A DNA stretch of 64,000 bases from Candidatus Woesebacteria bacterium (lineage in GTDB: Bacteria > Patescibacteriota > Microgenomatia > UBA8517): NCBI GenBank assembly GCA_963716475.1, contig OY970314.1, positions 354,981-418,980 on the forward strand, in the 5' to 3' direction. Positions 27,149-36,286 of this stretch are shown here, one piece after another (position 1 is the stretch's first letter; each line of letters opens with the position of its first letter). The notes below the pieces were generated by a model. The model saw only the letters and a list, made by a program, of their open reading frames with translations. It ran no database searches and had not been told where the DNA came from. The position numbers were made by a program, and so were the translations under genes.

Positions 27149-29074
27149 TCATGCACCCCAACCCCAATCAATTTCCCTGTAGTTAATATTTTTACACCTG
27201 GGACATCGTGCCGATAGGGTAAGGTTCCCATAATTTAGCTTTACCTTTATGGGAATTTGATTCGCCGTCCACAGGCTGACCACATTATTATGCGCGAACT
27301 TATAAAGCGTTCTTTCTCCACAAAAATCGCACTTCCACTCACCAACTTTAATTTTTGACCAGTCTTGCCCAATATCCAAGGCCCCAGATTCAATCCTTGC
27401 TAAACACTCATCACAAATAGGAGTATCCGAGACCTGACTATCACCGTGTTGTTGATGTCTAATTACCGGTTTTGCTCTACATACTCTACAGAACAGAAGC
27501 TCCATTTGGAATTCAATATCGGAAAGCTCAGCGCCCTTATTTTGCCAGTGCTGAGCGTTCTTGTGGACCTTTTGATATTCCTTGTTATAGAAATCTAGCT
27601 GTTTTTCTCTGGTCAAAGTTTTTAATTTTTCGCTTCGCTTAGACCAAAAAAAATTGCCAAAATTATGCTCCTCATCCCAAGCTTTGTTTTCTTTTTCCCT
27701 TATCTTTTTATGACAGACTTCAAGTATTTCCCATAACTCTCTTTTTAGGTCACTAAGCCTGAAGTCTATGGCATTATGTATTTCGCTTTTAACAAAAAGT
27801 TCATAATCCTCCTTTTTGGCCTCCTCGGAAGTAATTTCCTTCTTTTGCAGCTTCTGCCATATTTCATCGTCCCAAAGACTAAGAAACCCGCGTTTATTTT
27901 CAGCTAATTCTTTCGTGGCTTGTCGTAAAACCTGTTCAACTGATAACTTGGTATTCGGGTCCAGGTCGTCGATTGTTAAACTTTCCTCAAGCTCGATTGG
28001 TCTAACACCGTTGGCAATAAAGTGCATATCTCCATACCTTTTTTCATAATCCTTTAGTTCTTCCTCGAAGCCCTTAATTCTAGTTTGTACTTCATCATCG
28101 GCAAACTCTTTGTTGTCCGCCTTCGCTGCCCATATCTTAAAACCCAAGACGGTTGCCCAAATTGATTTCGTTTCAGTTCCGTGGACATACTCGCTTTTTG
28201 GTGCAAGGTATGGACGAATACCCCTATCTCCATAAAGTAACTCAAAGATGGGTGGCAATTTTTTACCAAATACAGCCTCCGCGACCTCTAAAACTAGGTC
28301 ATAAACTGTATATAGCTCCTGGGCTAGCATTGCACCACCTTTAAATAAATCCCTTCGCCATTGCGGATGAAGATGGATGTAGTAATACCAATTTTCAAGC
28401 GGGTCAATCTGGATAGCAACTTCAGCAATTGTCTTCAAAAGGACGTTGAGATCGGATTCAGAAAGCGAATACTTCTTTAATAATTCTGGCCTACCTTTAA
28501 TAAGTGAAGTATCAAAATATAATTCCGGTGCACCGTTAAAATGCCGTTCCTTGTACCGGCTAAATCTTTGGTACCTCGAACTTTTAAGAGAGTGGAGTAG
28601 TCTCAAAAAATTATTAAAATTTACACATAGATCAACCACATTATTAGGAAACGATTTACTACCCCTCTTGGCAATTGTTATGTTGAAAGCAAATCCAGAA
28701 GCCCCCCAACTAACCATTCTGAACGCTTGTTGTTTGTAAAAGTCTAAATCCTCATTGACCCAAAGTTTTCCTTCGTGAACTTGGTTTTTTGACAACGCGG
28801 TAATTATAAAAATTTGATGGGGACTATAATAATTAACTAAAGCTCCTTTTTCTGCCCCATTTTCGTGAACTTTTTCTTTAACCTGAAGTAGTGGTTCTAA
28901 AAACCCATCGGATTCTGCTGCTCTTAGAAAACTCTCATCTACATTGTTAATTTTTTCAGTGCGGGAGTAATCATATTTACAGAACTCTATAAAAGATTTT
29001 TCCGAAAGTAACTTCTCCTTTATAATTTCAAATGGATATTTATTCTCATCTTTAGTACTCATATTTATATTCAC
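27149..29074 (-). CDS. Large hypothetical protein with four C-terminal CxxC motifs
   Basis: CRVC, CDEC, CDFC, CPRC; coiled-coil middle. Confidence 0.8.
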   Translation of the reverse strand: MNINMSTKDENKYPFEIIKEKLLSEKSFIEFCKYDYSRTEKINNVDESFLRAAESDGFLEPLLQVKEKVHENGAEKGALVNYYSPHQIFIITALSKNQVHEGKLWVNEDLDFYKQQAFRMVSWGASGFAFNITIAKRGSKSFPNNVVDLCVNFNNFLRLLHSLKSSRYQRFSRYKERHFNGAPELYFDTSLIKGRPELLKKYSLSESDLNVLLKTIAEVAIQIDPLENWYYYIHLHPQWRRDLFKGGAMLAQELYTVYDLVLEVAEAVFGKKLPPIFELLYGDRGIRPYLAPKSEYVHGTETKSIWATVLGFKIWAAKADNKEFADDEVQTRIKGFEEELKDYEKRYGDMHFIANGVRPIELEESLTIDDLDPNTKLSVEQVLRQATKELAENKRGFLSLWDDEIWQKLQKKEITSEEAKKEDYELFVKSEIHNAIDFRLSDLKRELWEILEVCHKKIREKENKAWDEEHNFGNFFWSKRSEKLKTLTREKQLDFYNKEYQKVHKNAQHWQNKGAELSDIEFQMELLFCRVCRAKPVIRHQQHGDSQVSDTPICDECLARIESGALDIGQDWSKIKVGEWKCDFCGERTLYKFAHNNVVSLWTANQIPIKVKLNYGNLTLSARCPRCKNINYREIDWGWGA

Positions 29075-29097
29075 AAAAAAACCCGTTTATCACGGGC
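29074..29097 (-). terminator. Intrinsic terminator
   Basis: CCCGT-gataa-ACGGG followed by T7 on the minus strand. Confidence 0.55.
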
Positions 29098-29136
29098 AGT
29101 GTAATATCTGTATTTTACGCCTTTCCAAATAAAACG

Positions 29137-29997
29137 CTACTTAGCTGGAGATGCTTTATTCAAAAATTCTGAAATAATATTTACCGGAATTATTACGCCA
29201 AGGTTTTGATAGTTGCCAGTTAAAACAGCTGAAGGAATTCCAACCATGCAATCATTTTGATCAACAGCAAGCCCTCCTGAATTTCCATTATCTATATTGG
29301 CAGACGTTAGGATATCCCCATCATCAGAAAAACTACTTATGATTCCGTCTGTAATGGTTAGATTGTATCCGCCACTTGTAACTGGATAACCATAAATCCT
29401 AACTGCGTCACCCAATTTTGGACTATTGTTTTTGCAACTACTAGGGAACACAAAAGCAGAAAAAGTTTTAGGGTAGGTACCCCAAACCTTCCCGTCCGAA
29501 TCCTTATAAGCAGAGGTTACTACCAATACTGCCATATCATATTGCTTACTCAATTTAGGAACAATATATGGCTCTGCATTGTAGATTTCAGCGGGGGCAC
29601 CAGTATTTGGGTCAGGCAAGCTAACCAAACAGCCTTTTGAACCAGCTATAACATGATTGTTTGTTAATATCGTTCCGTCCGTTAACCATATTGTTCCTGA
29701 TCCTCCTTCTTTGTTATCGCAAAATACGTTGACAACAGAAGATGCTACATTATACGGTACGGTCGGGCTAGGTGACCCACCAGACGGTGTGTTGGAATTG
29801 GGAGAATTTTGAGAGTAGGCAATTATAAAAATTACCAATAGTATTAAAAAAACTAAAATTAATCCCTTTCTACGTTTAATCCACCCGCCTAAACGGTACT
29901 TCAATCTTGAGAGTCTCCTCCATACGATTTTCTGCCCACAATTCGGGCAGAATCTTTCATCCGACTTAATTTGATTGCCACAATTTTTACAATACAT
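29137..29997 (-). CDS. Zinc-ribbon plus TM plus trypsin-like serine protease
   Basis: CKNC/CPNC, TM, TNNHV, DMAVL, GNSGG. Confidence 0.9.
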   Translation of the reverse strand: MYCKNCGNQIKSDERFCPNCGQKIVWRRLSRLKYRLGGWIKRRKGLILVFLILLVIFIIAYSQNSPNSNTPSGGSPSPTVPYNVASSVVNVFCDNKEGGSGTIWLTDGTILTNNHVIAGSKGCLVSLPDPNTGAPAEIYNAEPYIVPKLSKQYDMAVLVVTSAYKDSDGKVWGTYPKTFSAFVFPSSCKNNSPKLGDAVRIYGYPVTSGGYNLTITDGIISSFSDDGDILTSANIDNGNSGGLAVDQNDCMVGIPSAVLTGNYQNLGVIIPVNIISEFLNKASPAK

Positions 29998-30008
29998 AAT
30001 AAACTTTC

Positions 30009-30383
30009 TTAATCCTCTCTCATTCCGATTGTTGGAACAAAGCGCCCTATGTTATTAATAAGGTATATTGGCGTAAGAAAAAAAGAAATCATACCCCACC
30101 ATCCAAGGAAAAGCGTAGTTAGAGTCCTCTTTTTAAACTCACGATTTATACATTTTTTACAAAGATTGCCTTTTATAGACGAACTCTGACGCATAACCAG
30201 CATGCCTATATTTTGGTAAAACTCGACATATTTTGTTGGAGTAAGGCTGCCACACACCTGACAATGGTTATTAGTCGGTCCAAAAACCGGCGAAGAGGGA
30301 TTATTCTTATTAATTATTGTTCCACAATGCTGACAGAAGTTGTTGCTTTTAGGATTGCTTTTTCCACATTTTTCGCAGAACAT
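30009..30383 (-). CDS. Double zinc-ribbon membrane protein
   Basis: CEKC/CQHC, CQVC/CKKC, TLFLGWWG. Confidence 0.8.
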   Translation of the reverse strand: MFCEKCGKSNPKSNNFCQHCGTIINKNNPSSPVFGPTNNHCQVCGSLTPTKYVEFYQNIGMLVMRQSSSIKGNLCKKCINREFKKRTLTTLFLGWWGMISFFLTPIYLINNIGRFVPTIGMRED

Positions 30384-30509
30384 AATCTTTGAGAAATTTG
30401 CCTAAACTACCCCCAAATTGAATTGTACTCTAAAAATAAATCCATTTCTTAGATTTTATTGAAAAATAGGTGTAGAATCAATTTGGTTGGGTAGTCTAAA
30501 ATAAATAAT

Positions 30510-31133
30510 ATGTACTGCAGTAATTGTGGGAAACACAACTCCGAAGGCAGTAAGTTTTGCGAACACTGTGGCTCACAGCTTATAAAAGACTCTGCAGAAA
30601 ATAAATCCGTTAGCCAGGCTAAGGCTGTAGTTGATCCCCCAAAAACAGAAAATAAGGAGCCTTTGCCAAAAGATAAAAAAGTAAATGCTGGACTTGGGGG
30701 CTGGTTGGCATTAGTTGGACTAGGAATGATCGTGGGGGTTGTTTGGCAAAGCTACAGCATATTTGGATATTTTTCCTATTTATCAAATACTTATACTATT
30801 CCTGGTTACTCAAGTCTTTTATGGTTTGAGTTTTTAATAGGAGTCGCCTTTATAGGTTCTCTTGTTTATCTAATCTATTTATATTTCAAAAAGAAGAAGA
30901 ATTTTCCGAAATACTATGTTTTTTATTTAATCGCCTCTATAGTTTTTGCATTATTGGATTGGCTCTGGGTAGCTTCATTACAGGCTCCGACTCAAGAACT
31001 TCAAAAAATACTAAACGACACGGTAACGCAAAATTCAAGCAATGTATCCCGAACCGTAGTGCAATCAGTAATTTGGATTTTGTATATGTTAAAGTCGAAA
31101 CAGGTTAAGGCAACTTTTATTGAAGATAAATAA
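30510..31133 (+). CDS. Zinc-ribbon plus DUF2569-like membrane protein
   Basis: CSNC/CEHC; GLGGWL...F.KKK.FP...WILY...S..VKATF. Confidence 0.8.
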   Translation: MYCSNCGKHNSEGSKFCEHCGSQLIKDSAENKSVSQAKAVVDPPKTENKEPLPKDKKVNAGLGGWLALVGLGMIVGVVWQSYSIFGYFSYLSNTYTIPGYSSLLWFEFLIGVAFIGSLVYLIYLYFKKKKNFPKYYVFYLIASIVFALLDWLWVASLQAPTQELQKILNDTVTQNSSNVSRTVVQSVIWILYMLKSKQVKATFIEDK

Positions 31134-31141
31134 ACTAAACT

Positions 31142-31741
31142 ATGAAAATTATTAAGCAAGTCGTCTATGTTGTAGCAGCGCTGGCAGCATTCGGTTTGGT
31201 CAGGTGGGGTATTTCAGCTCTTCAAACTAACAATGCCAGTAATAACACTGCCAATTATTTTACAAATGAGACTTGGCAACCATTTAACTCAACAGAAGGC
31301 GGTTTTAGTATTAACTTTCCTAAATATCCAACAACCAATCCCTCAGAAACCCAAAGCACGGGTGGTGTGACCTACGTTTCTACACAATATAGCGCCGAGG
31401 GCAGTGACGGAGATAGTTATGTTGCTATTTACGGTTATTACCCAAATCTTTTATCAAATAAATACAATGCAAAAAGTGGAATTGAAGGTAGCATTAACGG
31501 TATGGTTAGCTCAGATAAATCGAACCAGTTAATATCCTCAAACTTTGTGAATGTCGGTAGCCATCAGGGAGCGGATTACGTAATTTACAATAAAGACGTG
31601 GCTTCTTATTTGAGAGGAAGAGTAATTGTTGTTTTAGAAGGAAGTAATCCTGTCAAAATATATATCCTCATGGATGCGTCAAAAAACGCAAACGCCACAG
31701 ACAACTATACAAAATTTATTAACAGTTTTGAGATTCAATAG
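31142..31741 (+). CDS. Exported PsbP-like protein
   Basis: Signal/TM; W..F.S.EGGFSI.FP..P ... F.NSF. Confidence 0.65.
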   Translation: MKIIKQVVYVVAALAAFGLVRWGISALQTNNASNNTANYFTNETWQPFNSTEGGFSINFPKYPTTNPSETQSTGGVTYVSTQYSAEGSDGDSYVAIYGYYPNLLSNKYNAKSGIEGSINGMVSSDKSNQLISSNFVNVGSHQGADYVIYNKDVASYLRGRVIVVLEGSNPVKIYILMDASKNANATDNYTKFINSFEIQ

Positions 31742-31743
31742 TT

Positions 31744-31757
31744 AGTGAGTTGGAGTG
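31744..31757 (+). repeat. Cassette-boundary repeat A
   Basis: AGTGAGTTGGAGTG. Confidence 0.7.
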
Positions 31758-31807
31758 GGGGGTATTTCTTAGGTTTTCCTGAAAAAGTGGTGTAAAATCG
31801 ACTTGTT

Positions 31808-32671
31808 ATGAGTAAAGGGAAAGCTCGAACCAAAAAATCTCAAAAAGTTAGCGAAAAAACCACTATTTTCTCCACTTCGGCAAAGTATCTAATGGCCATA
31901 ATTGTTGCTCTTGGTTTTGTTGCGGCATTTTCTGTATATGCAAAAGCCCAATTGGAAAAAAGTCCTTTTCTCGCAAGCCCAACACCAATTGCTCTCCCCA
32001 CCTTCACACCTATCCCCGTGACACCCACGCCTACAGTTGATCCTAACCCGATAATTACCTGCAATATCAATGTCAGTTGTGGGGGTGGTTCAAAACAATT
32101 GAGACAGAGTGTCTGTAACAACATGATATGTTGCCTCTACAGTACTGAGTGCGGTGGGCCAAAATTTGTAGCAAAGAGTCAATGTCCTGCGAACGGGACA
32201 TGCTGCCAGGTTGGAAATAAATGGACTTATTACTTATCGAAAGATAAGTGCACACAGGATCAAAATGCTTACAATTCCAGTGTCAACCAAAACAATAACA
32301 CTTATATTCCGTCTACCTATACGCCACCAACCTACTATACGTGTACCCTTTATTATCCCGCATTAAAATTATATCAAACATACACTTCACTTTATAAAAC
32401 AAAGGCTGAATGTGATTCCGCCCAGGCTTCTCTCAACCAAGGTTCACAAACGGTTCAATATACAGCTCCCACAACAGCTCCATACCAAGCTCCACAAATG
32501 ACCAAAAGCCAGTGTCAAGCAAGTGTAAATGATAAATATGGGAGTCTTATGCGCAGTTATGGGTGCTACTATCCGTGCCCGGCCACCGGAGACTGTGGAA
32601 GCTCCTCAGTGTGTGAAGCTTATTGGTATCAAGCTCAAAAAGACATGAACAGCTGCAATCAATATCCCTAG
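31808..32671 (+). CDS. Membrane-anchored Cys-rich protein with Pro/Thr linkers
   Basis: TM, PTP repeats, many Cys and Tyr. Confidence 0.8.
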   Translation: MSKGKARTKKSQKVSEKTTIFSTSAKYLMAIIVALGFVAAFSVYAKAQLEKSPFLASPTPIALPTFTPIPVTPTPTVDPNPIITCNINVSCGGGSKQLRQSVCNNMICCLYSTECGGPKFVAKSQCPANGTCCQVGNKWTYYLSKDKCTQDQNAYNSSVNQNNNTYIPSTYTPPTYYTCTLYYPALKLYQTYTSLYKTKAECDSAQASLNQGSQTVQYTAPTTAPYQAPQMTKSQCQASVNDKYGSLMRSYGCYYPCPATGDCGSSSVCEAYWYQAQKDMNSCNQYP

Positions 32672-32690
32672 CTCGATCTATTTTATAAAT

Positions 32691-32704
32691 AGTGAGTTGG
32701 GTTG
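32691..32704 (+). repeat. Cassette-boundary repeat B
   Basis: AGTGAGTTGGGTTG. Confidence 0.7.
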
Positions 32705-32726
32705 TGGGGTTATTGTGTTTTAAAAG

Positions 32727-34892
32727 TTAATCAATAAACTCATCTAGTATTTTTAAAGCTTCTTCGGTCAAATTTTCTTTATAACTAGGTATTTCTATAT
32801 TAAATTTTTGAAAATAAATCTGATGAATAAACTTTATTAACTTCTCATCTAAATAACCGTGCGTATGAAGAGATGAGCTCTTAGCATCCTTTGACCTAAA
32901 ACCATTTAAAAATAACTTACCCATACCACAATATATGACAAAGATTTCGGTTAAAATCTCATTTTCCTGCTCGTCGTCAAGTGTAATTTTTTCCTCATGA
33001 ATTAAAATATAGTGTGCCAATTCATGAGCCAAAATATACCCAAACCCAAATGGGTCTTTTGTGAATAATTTTGGGATACTAATTTTTGAACCAGAAATAA
33101 AGCCTCCGATTCCTTGTTCCTCGAAAAACTTTGACTCTGCCATTTCTACGTCTGGTAAACTTTTCAGGTTTAGAATACGACCCAAATAACGCAGCGCCTT
33201 AAATGGATCACCCTCTTTAAGCATTGAGTAAAAAGCCCCATCTGGTTCAAAAACTGTTATCTCTTTGTTTTCCAGGACTGCATTAAGATAATTAAATTGA
33301 TTTAATACATACTGGCGAATATCTTTACCTTTTATCCCAATTTCAAATCCAGTACCACCAAAAGAAAATGTGTTCCCTTTTTGGACAAATAATTTTTGCC
33401 CACTTTCTGAATATGCCTCTAAACCTATTTCCATATCTGCTCCGACATTAACCCTTATTTCAATAACTCTGTTATTCAATGCTTGAATTTTCCATACGTT
33501 AAGGCTTTGAAAAACGTCCCCCTCTTTTGTAGTTAGGTGGATTTCCACAAATTTTGATTTGTTCTCACCTGTTATCTCGAATGTGTGATTCTTGGATGTC
33601 GGAATTGCTGAATCTTTTCTTGTCATTTCTATAAATTCACCGCCAGACAACCTTACAAGAATAGAAAATGGAATAACTTCAAGAGCAAGAAAATTTGTTA
33701 CCTTACCGGTTAGTACTCTGGAATAATTAAAAGCTCCTATAGCGAGTAATTTTTCATTTCCAAAAGCCACACCTGCTCCGACAAAAGCTTTATGAACAAG
33801 CTCTTTTATGCTTTGTTGAATAAATGAATCGCCAAGAATAATTATGCTTTCGAAATTTTTCTTTTTCTCTACTTCAAATATCTCAGAGGCCAACTTCTCT
33901 ACTGATTTAACCAGATCGTCAAAAGTCGTGGCCAAAAAGTTATGAAGTGCGCCCAGGTTAATTTTTGTATCAAGAGTTTGAAAGCTTCCATCTTTACATA
34001 GGACAAATGGTAGATTTAGCTCATATGTTTCCTCAACTTGTGACGTTTTCAGAAATTCATTGACTGCGTCTAAAATCCGTACAATATTTTTTGGGTCTTC
34101 TAACGCGAAGTTGCGAGAATCTTTGCCAATCTCGGAAATAAAAAAATCGAGCACAGTTTGCTCTATTTTTCTTCTAGTGATTGTATTTGTATATTGAGTG
34201 CCTATTGTGTACAAAACACCGTCTCCATAATTAACCAATGATACGTTTGTGTTGTCCTGGGATATAGAAACAAAAAGATATTCTGTACCCCTGTTTTTAC
34301 TATCGTTTTTTGGTTTCTTTGAAAATAATTTTTTGTATAACGGAAGTCTCGCATATTTTTGGATGGCTTGACGATCAAGATTTTTTTTCTGTTCTTCGCG
34401 GCTCAAACTCCCATGGTTCAATCTTACAAGCAAGCTGTCAATATTAGATTGACCAAAGAAGGCCGCCGGTTGGGACATTATTCTTATATCTTTTACTCCA
34501 ATTAAGGAAAAGGCTCTCTCTATTAAACTATGCCAATAATAATATTTATCATAAGGAATGGTTATACAAACATTATCAATTCCATCGTCGGGGAGATAGG
34601 TTTTGATTTTATTTAATATAGATGCAAATATAACTGCCAAGCACCTTTCAACACTTATTTGTTCCTTATCAATAACTACACCGTTCAATTCAATAATCTG
34701 GTCCAAATCATAAATTAAACTATTCTTTTCGGTAAGAAATTTATTAAAACCTTCATCGCCCGGAAAAACTTTACCGTTCACAAAAGCTAAAATGTTTCTA
34801 ACTTCATAAATTTTACAATTATCAGGATCTATTCCATTGACCAAGAACGCAGCTTTTGTGGTTTTTGTATTGAAATCAATTCCAATATTCAT
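32727..34892 (-). CDS. Degenerate Hsp70-like protein fused to a C-terminal HExxH metallopeptidase
   Basis: IGIDF, VCITIP, QPAA, LAIGA, LEVIPFSI, IPTSK; LAHELAH...ENE. Confidence 0.8.
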   Translation of the reverse strand: MNIGIDFNTKTTKAAFLVNGIDPDNCKIYEVRNILAFVNGKVFPGDEGFNKFLTEKNSLIYDLDQIIELNGVVIDKEQISVERCLAVIFASILNKIKTYLPDDGIDNVCITIPYDKYYYWHSLIERAFSLIGVKDIRIMSQPAAFFGQSNIDSLLVRLNHGSLSREEQKKNLDRQAIQKYARLPLYKKLFSKKPKNDSKNRGTEYLFVSISQDNTNVSLVNYGDGVLYTIGTQYTNTITRRKIEQTVLDFFISEIGKDSRNFALEDPKNIVRILDAVNEFLKTSQVEETYELNLPFVLCKDGSFQTLDTKINLGALHNFLATTFDDLVKSVEKLASEIFEVEKKKNFESIIILGDSFIQQSIKELVHKAFVGAGVAFGNEKLLAIGAFNYSRVLTGKVTNFLALEVIPFSILVRLSGGEFIEMTRKDSAIPTSKNHTFEITGENKSKFVEIHLTTKEGDVFQSLNVWKIQALNNRVIEIRVNVGADMEIGLEAYSESGQKLFVQKGNTFSFGGTGFEIGIKGKDIRQYVLNQFNYLNAVLENKEITVFEPDGAFYSMLKEGDPFKALRYLGRILNLKSLPDVEMAESKFFEEQGIGGFISGSKISIPKLFTKDPFGFGYILAHELAHYILIHEEKITLDDEQENEILTEIFVIYCGMGKLFLNGFRSKDAKSSSLHTHGYLDEKLIKFIHQIYFQKFNIEIPSYKENLTEEALKILDEFID

Positions 34893-34949
34893 TTTTATTG
34901 GTATTTAGAGGGCTTATGTGAATCTTAGCATCTGGGGATAAAAATAAAC

Positions 34950-34963
34950 AGTGAGTTGGAGTG
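34950..34963 (+). repeat. Cassette-boundary repeat C
   Basis: AGTGAGTTGGAGTG (14/14 identical to A). Confidence 0.7.
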
Positions 34964-35015
34964 TGTATTCCAAAGATTTCTCCAAAAAAAGCATAGACTC
35001 TGGAAATGAATGGAA

Positions 35016-35726
35016 TTATGAAACAAATCTTATCTCAGCACCGTTTTTAATATATTTAGTAATGGTTGGTATTCCTCGTGTCTCTCCGAAAGAATCTGTA
35101 TAAATGTCCCCACCACCTTGGCGTTCAACCTCAAAACCTAAATTTTTATAATCCTCATCTTTCAAATCCCAATAACCAAAGGGGAAATCAAATAATATTG
35201 TGGGTTTCACTTTTTTATGAAAGTCTTCGTAATGTTCTTCTAAATATGCCGTGATAACGCGTGTATATTCACCACCTTCTTTTTTGATAGTTCTGTCTAC
35301 GACTCCTAGTTCAAGATAATCCTTCATTTGATCTTCGTCACCGGCCACTACTGCAGAAAATATATCGTTTTTACTGGACTCTGGTAAATAAATATCTGTA
35401 CCTCCAGAATTTTGGACAATAAAAGCATCTTCGCTGGCTAAATACACCAATTTAATAAACGCCTTCTGTGATATATTTCTATAATAATCTTTCCTCCATT
35501 TGGTTACTTCTCCCTTTGACCATTCCTTTACCGGTTTACCTTCTAATCCACTCTTAATACCAGATATTTCTGCAAATAACTTATTTTGATAAATAGCATT
35601 TGAGGCTTCTATAAAAAACTTATGTGAAGGTGTGGAGCCCCTATTAGCCTCAAGTTTTTTGATACGCTTGTCCAATACATAAAAGATATAATAAATAACT
35701 ACACCCACAATTACATAAGTCCACAT
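35016..35726 (-). CDS. N-terminally anchored hypothetical protein
   Basis: TM at residues 1-18; TAAAAT 6 nt before the ATG. Confidence 0.8.
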   Translation of the reverse strand: MWTYVIVGVVIYYIFYVLDKRIKKLEANRGSTPSHKFFIEASNAIYQNKLFAEISGIKSGLEGKPVKEWSKGEVTKWRKDYYRNISQKAFIKLVYLASEDAFIVQNSGGTDIYLPESSKNDIFSAVVAGDEDQMKDYLELGVVDRTIKKEGGEYTRVITAYLEEHYEDFHKKVKPTILFDFPFGYWDLKDEDYKNLGFEVERQGGGDIYTDSFGETRGIPTITKYIKNGAEIRFVS

Positions 35727-35753
35727 ACTCGTATTTTACACCTTTATATGTAT

Positions 35754-35767
35754 AGTGAGTTAGGGTG
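35754..35767 (+). repeat. Cassette-boundary repeat D
   Basis: AGTGAGTTAGGGTG. Confidence 0.65.
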
Positions 35768-35865
35768 AGGAATAAAGTCTCCGGTATTCGTTAAGTTCCT
35801 GAAGTTTAGAAGCTAGAATATCAGTCTCACTTGGAGTATCATTCAGATAGGCGAATAGGTCCGAG
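35760..35865 (-). other. Alternative 3' end of the integrase gene, in frame only after excision
   Basis: Joining at the att core gives ...VPRAGLG-SDLFAYLNDTPSETDILASKLQELNEYRRLYSSP*. Confidence 0.65.
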
Positions 35866-35886
35866 CCGAGTCCCGCCCTCGGCACA
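35866..35886 (+). repeat. attR core
   Basis: Identical to 19120-19140. Confidence 0.92.
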
Positions 35887-35961
35887 GTAAGTTCAAATTA
35901 CATAAATATTCATTTTAAACAATAAAATATAGCCTTGAATAAGTCCGAGTCCCGGAAAGAG

Positions 35962-36174
35962 TTAACCTTTGAAGTTTAAATCTTGGGCAAGCTGAGGCAA
36001 ATCTATCTTGGGAAGTTTATCTGTTTCAGCAGCGTAAGTTTGTAAATCTATTTTACCTTCGAGGTAATCTGCAGTTAATTGCCTCAGACTTCTTTCACCC
36101 GCATCTATTTCTTCAACTGTAACTCGGTGTTTCAGTACACCGATTCTTTCCAGAAGTCTTTCAGGCATTTTCAC
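35962..36174 (-). CDS. Small hypothetical protein
   Basis: ORF filling an intergenic gap. Confidence 0.55.
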   Translation of the reverse strand: MKMPERLLERIGVLKHRVTVEEIDAGERSLRQLTADYLEGKIDLQTYAAETDKLPKIDLPQLAQDLNFKG

Positions 36175-36286
36175 AATATAGATAAATTATGGTTAAATTG
36201 CAAGTTTATTAAAACCACCCATATGCTCTCTCAATAATTTAACTTCTATAAATGAAAATCTTGAGAGTCTAAATTAATATTAGATT

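Larger units (their letters stand above)
19120..35886. mobile_element. ~16.8 kb integrative element (serine recombinase, replication module, cargo)
   Basis: 21-bp direct repeat CCGAGTCCCGCCCTCGGCACA at 19120-19140 and 35866-35886; recombinase at the left end. Confidence 0.92.

Noticed and set aside
31744-35767. Cassette repeats as a CRISPR array or classical integron attC sites
   Set aside because: Spacing is gene-sized, the repeats are short and non-palindromic, there are no RYYYAAC/GTTRRRY paired ends, and no cas or intI gene is present.
19120-35886. Complete prophage or ICE
   Set aside because: No recognisable virion, lysis or conjugation genes.
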